Source of the DNA: an uncultured Nitrososphaerota archaeon | GTDB lineage: Archaea; Korarchaeota; Korarchaeia; Korarchaeales; Korarchaeaceae | NCBI GenBank assembly: GCA_964480775.1 | Contig: CAYZRF010000045.1 | Span: 1 to 6,591 of the forward strand | Length of the DNA stretch: 6,591 nucleotides | Direction: 5' to 3' | Part shown: positions 1-4,806 of the stretch, one piece after another | Position numbering within the stretch: position 1 is the stretch's first letter | How the letters are laid out: each line of letters begins with the position of its first letter | The notes under the pieces: generated by a model | What the model was told of the DNA's origin: nothing | The model's input: the letters and a program-made list of their open reading frames with translations, nothing else | The model's database searches: none | Translations under genes and position numbers: made by a program

Positions 1-2
1 AA

Positions 3-164
3 GAGTTTAAACTGCCAATAACTTTTGTTTATCCTTTGCACGGAGGTTGGATGGGGACAAATGCAGAGGTCCTTTCTTTCAGAAAGTTTAAAGTTTATGA
101 TTCTTTAGCTCCAGAGTTTGAAACCTATGAGACAATAAAAGAGCTTGCTCAAAGTAAAAAATGA
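3..164 (+). CDS. 3' end of an upstream protein-coding gene (partial at window edge; product unknown)
   Basis: Plus frame 3 is open from the window edge to TGA at 162-164. It reads EFKLPITFVYPLHGGWMGTNAEVLSFRKFKVYDSLAPEFETYETIKELAQSKK*. The other two plus frames close immediately (TAA at 8-10 and 19-21). The composition is protein-like, but I recognise no family motif; it does not look like the missing N-terminal half of the downstream ABC ATPase (no GxxGxGK[ST]). Confidence 0.35.
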   Translation, partial: EFKLPITFVYPLHGGWMGTNAEVLSFRKFKVYDSLAPEFETYETIKELAQSKK

Positions 165-173
165 GAAAAAAAA
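156..173 (-). terminator. Oligo-U tract pair (U8, CUCA, U6) on the minus strand; archaeal-type terminator candidate for the upstream structured RNA
   Basis: The plus strand has A8 at 166-173 and A6 at 156-161, so the minus strand reads ...CCAGCCAUAUUUUUUUUCUCAUUUUUU. Oligo-T runs of 5 or more are the established archaeal intrinsic termination signal. The plus strand has no comparable T-run between 165 and 385. The tract overlaps the last codons (AAA AAA TGA) of the partial plus-strand ORF, so it may be partly constrained by coding. Confidence 0.35.
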
Positions 174-293
174 TATGGCTGGTTCGCAACTCTCCGCTTC
201 GCTTCGGTGCTTTCGCACTCGGACAAAAGGAGAATATGTGGCCCACTAACGCTCGCCCAAATTTCGCCTTACGGCGAAACTTCACATATCCCC
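174..293 (-). ncRNA. Candidate structured non-coding RNA of unknown family (G+C-rich island, about 120 nt)
   Basis: By hand count, 181-290 is about 53% G+C, against about 28% for 121-170 and about 37% for 301-360. On the minus strand, 5'-GGGGAUAUGUG-3' (293->283) pairs with 5'-CACAUAUUCUC-3' (240->230). That gives 11 bp including two G.U pairs (290/233, 292/231), which would be C.A mismatches if the plus strand were the RNA. Inside lies a 7-bp hairpin UUUCGCC-GUAA-GGCGAAA (262-279). Downstream lies a 4-bp hairpin GUGC-GAAA-GCAC (207-218), enclosed by UCCG/CGGA (193-196 with 220-223). Both tetraloops are GNRA only in minus orientation. The element ends directly at U8 (173->166). No plausible ORF explains the region; the short plus-frame reads are a 24-aa ATG-started peptide at 175-249 and a start-less frame-3 open run up to 314, and the 88..285 minus ORF looks like a shadow. 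The exact 5' end is not determined. Confidence 0.4.
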
Positions 294-319
294 AGAACGT
301 TATACCAACAATAAGTTAA

Positions 320-889
320 CAGAACCCTAGATGGCTAGATCTCTCCAATTACATAGACAGGTAGATCTCAGGATATTCAGCTGGAATGGTTCAGAGATTG
401 TGTCTTGCTGCTTCTCTTGTAGGAGATCCTAGGCTCGTCATACTAGACGAGCCTACTAGTAACCTTGATCCGTTAGGAAGGATGAAGGTTATTGAGCTTA
501 TTAAGATGCTGGAAAAAGAAAAGGATATTAACTTTCTAATTTCAACTCACGTCCTTTCTGACCTAGAGGTCATATGTGATTATCTTGTTATGTTAAACCG
601 AGGCAAGGTCGTCTGGGAAGGTAGTTTAGTTAATCTTCTTGATAATTACGGTTCTTGGAAGCTATCCTTTGAGTGTGACCTCGATGATCCTCTAAAAGAG
701 TTTAGAGGATTAACTGTGAATCGCCATGATGGGAGGGTTGAGATCACTTGTAAAGATCAAAGAAGGCTGATAGATGGACTTTGTTCGACTTACAGGAGAA
801 TATCGATTAGTTCAGTTCAACTTATGCATTCAAATCTCTACGAACTGTTCGCACTTATAATTTCTGAGGGGAAGAAAGATGGAGAGTGA
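320..889 (+). pseudogene. ABC transporter ATP-binding protein (ABC-2/DrrA-NatA-like), 5'-truncated and interrupted by an in-frame TAG
   Basis: ORF 386..889 contains the Walker B motif (LVILDEPT), the D-loop (SNLD), the H-loop (STHV) and a C-terminal domain. The ABC signature motif YSAGMVQRL begins at 374-376, upstream of the ORF-track Met. Read in the same frame, 320-385 gives QNPRWLDLSNYIDR*ISGYSAG, which still resembles the canonical helical-domain segment preceding the signature. TAG at 362-364 and TAA at 317-319 interrupt that frame. I found no Walker A or Q-loop sequence in any frame of 1-319, although about 100 upstream codons would be needed for them. Confidence 0.6.
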
Positions 890-1592
890 GCGTTTTATTT
901 ACCAAATAGAATGGGAACTTTCCTATTTCTTCAGATTTCCTCTTCCGGAGGTTGTTATAGGAGCCCTTACGCTATTAGGCTTGCTGAACTTTCTCTCGGG
1001 CTATGCTGCAGGAGCCTCATTCTTTCAAGAACTTAACTGGGATATAGCTACCTTTGCGTCCAAAAGCACTTTGGAATCTGCGGCCGACTCTCTAGCTTTC
1101 TTTGAAGTAGTCTCGCTCTTTTGTTCAGTAATCCCACCACTGTCTTTTGTAAGAGGATTTGAGACTAGAGAGATTATGGATATTCTTTCCCTTCCTCTAT
1201 CTAGGGAGGAGATCTTTACTGCTAAATTTCTTTCGTCATTGATATTCATTTCTGTATCTATGCTTTTATCAAGCATAATTGCTTCGGTAGTAATTTCGCC
1301 AGACCTCTCCTTAAGGATCTTCACATCTGTTGACATCATAGTTCTTTATCTGAGATTGGTCCTATACTTGTTGTTCCTCCTGAGTCTTTCGATAATGATC
1401 TCTGTCATAAGCAATAGCTCTCTCCTATCAGCTATGGGATCTTTTCTAATTATCTTGGCAGCTGACACTATCTCCAAAGTCCTTCACATACCTTTTCCGT
1501 CCTATCTGGGTTTCATGGAATCCTTGAAAGAGATGCGTCCTTACGTGGGTATCTCGCTAATCCCACTAAGGGTTCTCTGGATACTACTTTAA
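879..1592 (+). CDS. ABC-2 family transporter permease (about 6 TM segments)
   Basis: The 237-aa protein has about six hydrophobic segments. It also carries the ABC-2 permease-type stretch GFETREIMDILSLPLSREEIFTAKFLS, comparable to the E-x-GT-x-E-x-L-x-x-P-x-SR-x-x-x-x-x-K pattern of these families. The ATG at 879 overlaps the ATPase stop (887-889) by 11 nt. A GAGGGG Shine-Dalgarno-like element lies at 866-871. The stop is TAA at 1590-1592. Confidence 0.75.
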   Translation: MESERFIYQIEWELSYFFRFPLPEVVIGALTLLGLLNFLSGYAAGASFFQELNWDIATFASKSTLESAADSLAFFEVVSLFCSVIPPLSFVRGFETREIMDILSLPLSREEIFTAKFLSSLIFISVSMLLSSIIASVVISPDLSLRIFTSVDIIVLYLRLVLYLLFLLSLSIMISVISNSSLLSAMGSFLIILAADTISKVLHIPFPSYLGFMESLKEMRPYVGISLIPLRVLWILL

Positions 1593-1953
1593 ATGGAGGA
1601 AAGAGGTATGAGCAGGCTTGTAAGGATATCTGCTTTGCTTGTTGTCATAGGATCAGTCTCCTCCGCTTCTGTTCTCTTAAGCACATTCACGTCCTCCTTC
1701 CATCAGCACGAGGGAATCCTCTCACCTATGGAAAAGAGTATTTCATGACATATTGGTTAGGCCAGGAACATAAAATCTCAATTCCAACCAAGAAGGGAGT
1801 AAAGCAAGGATAACTGTCTACAACGTTTTAAAAGAGATTAAGACAAATTATCAGGCATTCGGACCAGATTCCTTCTACTTTACCCCAGATAGAAGGGGAT
1901 GGTACATCCTTGGAGTTAAGAACTTTTCAGATGAAATAATAAGGTATAGATAA
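1593..1953 (+). pseudogene. Small signal-anchored/secreted protein of unknown function, split across three reading frames (frameshifted gene or indel sequencing errors)
   Basis: Frame 3, 1593/1608..1748, reads MEERGMSRLVRISALLVVIGSVSSASVLLSTFTSSFHQHEGILSPMEKSIS*. GGAGG at 1595-1599 lies 8 nt before the ATG at 1608, and the N-terminus is hydrophobic. Frame 2 is open across that stop up to TAA at 1811-1813 (...GNPLTYGKEYFMTYWLGQEHKISIPTKKGVKQG*). Frame 1 is open 1774..1953 without any start codon (...GSKARITVYNVLKEIKTNYQAFGPDSFYFTPDRRGWYILGVKNFSDEIIRYR*). The pieces overlap end to end and read as protein-like. Each hand-over is in the same direction (frame 3 to 2 to 1). Confidence 0.35.
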
Positions 1954-2100
1954 GAATATTCCCATCCAACCGCTTGGATTTAGCCCTTCTGAGAGATTCG
2001 ATTAGTATATTGCTCCTAGGGGATGTTTTAATGCTAATAAGTCTTCTTTTGAAGATAAATGTCAGAAGGTCATTAGTGAGATCAAGAGAGGACTAATACC

Positions 2101-2823
2101 CTATTTAACATTCGTCTGCAGCAGATATTCCTCAATGGCCTCTATAACTCCAAGACCATCGGGTTTCTTAGTAACAATTTTAGCTATGTTTTTCAATTCA
2201 TCTGGTGAATTAGCAACAGCTATTGGCATGCCGACTACCTTCAACATGTCTATGTCGAGCCAACTATCCCCTATAGCTGCAACTTTGTCTAAGGGTATAC
2301 CTCTTAGCTTGCAGGCCTTGATCAATCCAATCCCCTTGTTTACTCTCTTATCACAGACATGAATCAGGAACTTCGAATCGAAAACCCTAACGTTAAGCTT
2401 GTTTTCCGTGCATATCCTACGAATTAATTCTACATCCATTTTTCTATCCTTCTCGAAGATGAAGTCCACATCCCTGTATCTGTTAAGAAAAGAAGGCGTC
2501 AACTCAAGCTTTTTGACGATGAGATTAATTGCCTTCCTACCTGGCTCTGGATCTCCAACAAGGATCCTTTTCTTCAACACAGGATCGTATACAACCGCAC
2601 CGTTCTCAGCAACTATGGGTCCAGTTAAACCGAAGTATTGAGCTATCTTGTAAGCAGCCATGAACGAGTTCCCTGTGACTATGGAAACAGGTATTTTAGC
2701 GTTTTCTAGCTTTCTTAGGGCATAAATTACCTCTGGATAAATACGTCTCTTTTCGTCCGTTAGAGTGCCAGCAATATCCACGGCTACAAGTCTAATTCTC
2801 TTTGTAGACAACTTATATCTCAC
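2101..2823 (-). CDS. HAD-superfamily hydrolase, archaeal phosphoglycolate phosphatase / SPP-like (Cof-type, subfamily IIB) with an atypical motif I
   Basis: The 240-aa protein shows the four HAD motifs. Motif I is VAVDIAGTLTD, motif II is SIVTGN, the motif III Lys is in RVNKGIG, and motif IV is IGDSWLDIDM. Overall it resembles the Thermoplasma TA0175-type phosphoglycolate phosphatase family (AIDVDGNLTD...GDSNNDMPM), as far as I recall that sequence. The start codon is GTG at 2821-2823, overlapping the tyrS stop as GTGA. The stop is TAG (complement of 2101-2103). Confidence 0.85.
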   Translation of the reverse strand: MRYKLSTKRIRLVAVDIAGTLTDEKRRIYPEVIYALRKLENAKIPVSIVTGNSFMAAYKIAQYFGLTGPIVAENGAVVYDPVLKKRILVGDPEPGRKAINLIVKKLELTPSFLNRYRDVDFIFEKDRKMDVELIRRICTENKLNVRVFDSKFLIHVCDKRVNKGIGLIKACKLRGIPLDKVAAIGDSWLDIDMLKVVGMPIAVANSPDELKNIAKIVTKKPDGLGVIEAIEEYLLQTNVK

Positions 2824-3905
2824 CTAGTAACCTCAGCGGAGATTAGGCTCTTCAAAAGTTCTCTAGCATCCTTATCTTGTTTGAAGTGTTTTCTACATGG
2901 CTCAAGAATTTTCACTAGAGCATCGGCAACAGCATTTTTTAGATCTAAGGGGTGTAAGTTTCCCTCTATATACGTCTTCTCTAATTCCTCATAACTCTCA
3001 AATGTTATTTCTCCGCCATATTTTTGGGGTCTTTCTATTGTAAAAGGCGTTTTTCCGTCTCTCATTATCACGTACTTAACCAATTCCATAACTGGGTTGT
3101 TAGGATCCCTTGCAGGACAGAATGCCCCTCTAATCTTCTTTCTTATCTCTTCTGGAGAATCATGGACAAAAACAGCAGATGTTGGAATGCTCTTCGACAT
3201 CTTTGCACTTATCTGAACATCTAATATCTCGTCATCTTCATATCCCATTTTCTTTGGACCCTGAAGCCCCATTAGAAGATGATGATGAACACACACTGGC
3301 TTCCAAAAGCCAAGCTTGGGTCCGATCTCTCTTGCAAGTATGTTAGCTCTTCTCTGGTCCATTCCCAGTTGGCAGATGTCAACCTTCATAGTGAATATGT
3401 CAGATACCTGCATGGGAGGGTAGAAGTAGGCTGCCAGAGGCAACTCTTCTTTCATCGTTCTTCCAGCAATAGTCATCGCTCTCATTGCTCTGTTCATTGA
3501 CATGTGCTGCGCTACATTAAGAACCAAAGCCCAGTAGTCCTGATCTGCTATCTCACTTGCTAGTTTAAATTCCACCTTAGATGGATCCACTCCCAAAGAT
3601 AACCAGACGTGTTTAAAGTACTCTGATGCCTTCCTGATTAGTTCTAGGTTTCCACCAAGCTTTCTATTAACCCAAGCGTGCCAGTCTGCCAAGAAAAGTA
3701 TGTATTTGATTCCTGCACTTGTGAAGTCCTTAACTTTTAGGGCCGTGATAAGTCCTGTTCCAATATGGGCAAGGCCAGATGGTTCAAATCCGTTATAAGC
3801 GATTGGTGTTTCTTTTGTTTCTAACAATTCCCTAAGTTCAGAAGGAGTTATAACTTCCTCTGTTGGTAATCGGGTTATTAGCTCAATTTTTGTCTCTACA
3901 TCCAA
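2820..3905 (-). CDS. tyrS: Tyrosine--tRNA ligase (archaeal/crenarchaeal long type)
   Basis: The 361-aa class I aaRS carries YNGFEPSGLAHIGTG (HIGH-region variant), LFLADWHAW, and KMSKS followed by SAVFVHDSPEEIRKKIRGAFCP. The C-terminal LHPLDLKNAVA closely resembles the Aeropyrum-type TyrRS as I recall it. The start codon in the track is TTG at 3903-3905. There is no in-frame ATG between it and the upstream TAG at 3933-3935. Confidence 0.93.
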   Translation of the reverse strand: MDVETKIELITRLPTEEVITPSELRELLETKETPIAYNGFEPSGLAHIGTGLITALKVKDFTSAGIKYILFLADWHAWVNRKLGGNLELIRKASEYFKHVWLSLGVDPSKVEFKLASEIADQDYWALVLNVAQHMSMNRAMRAMTIAGRTMKEELPLAAYFYPPMQVSDIFTMKVDICQLGMDQRRANILAREIGPKLGFWKPVCVHHHLLMGLQGPKKMGYEDDEILDVQISAKMSKSIPTSAVFVHDSPEEIRKKIRGAFCPARDPNNPVMELVKYVIMRDGKTPFTIERPQKYGGEITFESYEELEKTYIEGNLHPLDLKNAVADALVKILEPCRKHFKQDKDARELLKSLISAEVTR

Positions 3906-3933
3906 TTTGATCTTGAGATGCAGTAAGTGTATC

Positions 3934-3949
3934 TATATCAACCTTTTGG
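3934..3949 (-). promoter_or_regulatory. Candidate archaeal promoter (BRE-like purine stretch plus TATA-like box) for tyrS, implying a short or absent 5' leader
   Basis: The minus strand reads CCAAAAGG-TTGATATA (3949->3934). The A/T box is centred about 32 nt upstream of the TTG start at 3905. Archaeal transcription start sites typically lie about 25 nt downstream of the TATA centre, so the leader would be only a few nucleotides. No Shine-Dalgarno-like motif is present in between. This is a sequence pattern only. Confidence 0.3.
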
Positions 3950-3960
3950 ACAGGCTGACC

Positions 3961-4806
3961 TTACTTGAATTTCTCTAGGAACCTACCGATCTTTATCTCT
4001 AGGGATCTTCTCACTAAAGGTTCACCTGCAAGTTGTGGAAGGCGGTCTCTAAGAGTTGGCCTTTCCTCCCTGTAGAAGAGACCTATTGGTATTCTTTCAC
4101 CCCACTCTAATGCTTTCTTATATGCAGCATTCCAGTCAGATGGATCGTGCCCTTCCTTCTCAAGCTCATAAACTCTCTCGTTATAGAAACGCCAGGTGTT
4201 ATTGAAGGCCACACATGGCTGTAGAACGTCAATAAACGCAAAACCTTTGTGTTGTATCGCTTGTTTAATCAAAGACTTAAGATGTAATAACTTCCCAGGA
4301 AATCCCCTAGCTACGAAGGTAGCTCCTGAGGCAAGAGCGAACGTAAGCGGATTTATGGGCTCTTCAGGAGAGCCAAATGGAGTTGATCTAGTTTTGAAGC
4401 CTAGAGGGCTTGTCGGAGTGGTTTGACCTGTTGTTAGTCCGAAGACCATGTTGTTGTGTACTATGTAAGTGAGGTCTAAGTTCCTTCTTATCGCGTGAGG
4501 CAAATGTCCTAACCCGATGGAGTAAGCATCTCCGTCCCCAGCGAAGCCGACTGCGACGAGTTCGGGGTTTGAAAGTTTTATGCCAGTTAGAATTGGAAGA
4601 ACTCTACCGTGTATCACGTGAAAGCTGTTCACGTTAACGTAGCCACAGATTTTTCCGTGGCATCCAATGCCAGAGACTGCGACAACCTGCTCTCTTCTAA
4701 GACCTAGTTCAATTAACGCCTCTTTGAATGCCTGAAGAATACCAAAATTGCCACAACCTGGGCACCATGTAATAGTGGCTTCGGTCTCCAGGTCTTTTAA
4801 CTCCAA
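3961..4806 (-). CDS. 2-oxoacid:ferredoxin oxidoreductase, beta subunit (TPP- and [4Fe-4S]-binding)
   Basis: The 281-aa protein has TWCPGCGNFGIL near the N-terminus, plus GIGCHGK and LQPCVAF cysteines, the four-Cys pattern of a single cluster. The TPP motif is GFAGDGDAYSIG...NNMVFGLTTGQ. The start is TTG at 4804-4806, directly abutting the alpha-subunit stop (TAG, complement of 4807-4809). Confidence 0.93.
   Translation of the reverse strand: MELKDLETEATITWCPGCGNFGILQAFKEALIELGLRREQVVAVSGIGCHGKICGYVNVNSFHVIHGRVLPILTGIKLSNPELVAVGFAGDGDAYSIGLGHLPHAIRRNLDLTYIVHNNMVFGLTTGQTTPTSPLGFKTRSTPFGSPEEPINPLTFALASGATFVARGFPGKLLHLKSLIKQAIQHKGFAFIDVLQPCVAFNNTWRFYNERVYELEKEGHDPSDWNAAYKKALEWGERIPIGLFYREERPTLRDRLPQLAGEPLVRRSLEIKIGRFLEKFK

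Noticed and set aside
178-195. GGTTCGCAA (181-189), resembling a tRNA T-loop (GGTTCGAAT).
   Set aside because: There is no complementary T-stem, acceptor stem or anticodon arm on either strand. No cloverleaf can be drawn, even allowing for an intron.
241-282. Minus-strand GAAGUU...GCGUUAGUGGGCC, reminiscent of the GAAGUUAAGC...CGUUAGUGGGG segment of crenarchaeal 5S rRNA. The element length (about 120 nt) is also similar.
   Set aside because: There is no helix I pairing of the termini in the 5S manner, no CGAAC loop C in the right place, and no return strand (CCCACUAAGC) for helix IV/V. Spacing between the two similar blocks is too long. The resemblance is noted only as a possible remote relationship, to be tested with a covariance-model search.
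88-285. A 65-aa minus-strand ORF (GTG start) from the track, highly basic at its N-terminus.
   Set aside because: It is a translation of the G+C-rich hairpin region plus the oligo-T tract (IFFLIF). It overlaps the better-supported plus-strand ORF end at 88-164. It has no recognisable motif, and the region is better explained as RNA structure.
319-340. ACAGAACCC...GGCUA, resembling the conserved CR-V ACAGAACCCGGCUUA of RNase P RNA.
   Set aside because: No CR-I (GAGGAAAGUCC) or CR-IV elements are present nearby. The flanks are A/T-rich, and the segment overlaps the residual ABC ATPase reading frame. A 9-nt match is compatible with chance.
336-369. An 8-nt direct repeat, TAGATCTC, at 336-343 and 362-369. 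The second copy supplies the in-frame TAG of the ABC pseudogene.
   Set aside because: It is too short to distinguish from chance. The two copies sit in different codon phases. It may hint at local slippage but cannot be supported from sequence alone.
1593-1953. Programmed -1 ribosomal frameshifting as an explanation for the frame 3 to 2 to 1 chain.
   Set aside because: Two or three consecutive programmed shifts in a gene of about 120 codons would be unprecedented. I saw no slippery heptamer-plus-structure arrangement at the junctions. Indels, whether real or sequencing errors, are the simpler explanation.
45-1971. An 11-nt inverted repeat, GGTTGGATGGG at 45-55 and its reverse complement at 1961-1971. 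It brackets the RNA candidate and the decaying ABC cassette, so it was considered as possible terminal inverted repeats of a mobile element.
   Set aside because: With roughly 2x10^7 position pairs in a 6.6-kb window and 4^11 possible 11-mers, several such matches are expected by chance. Similarity does not extend beyond the core. There is no transposase and no target-site duplication.
1964-1979. A hairpin, ATCCAA-ccgc-TTGGAT, just after the frame-1 stop at 1951-1953. It was considered as a terminator.
   Set aside because: No oligo-T run follows, and archaeal termination does not require hairpins. It also lies inside the open frame-3 stretch.
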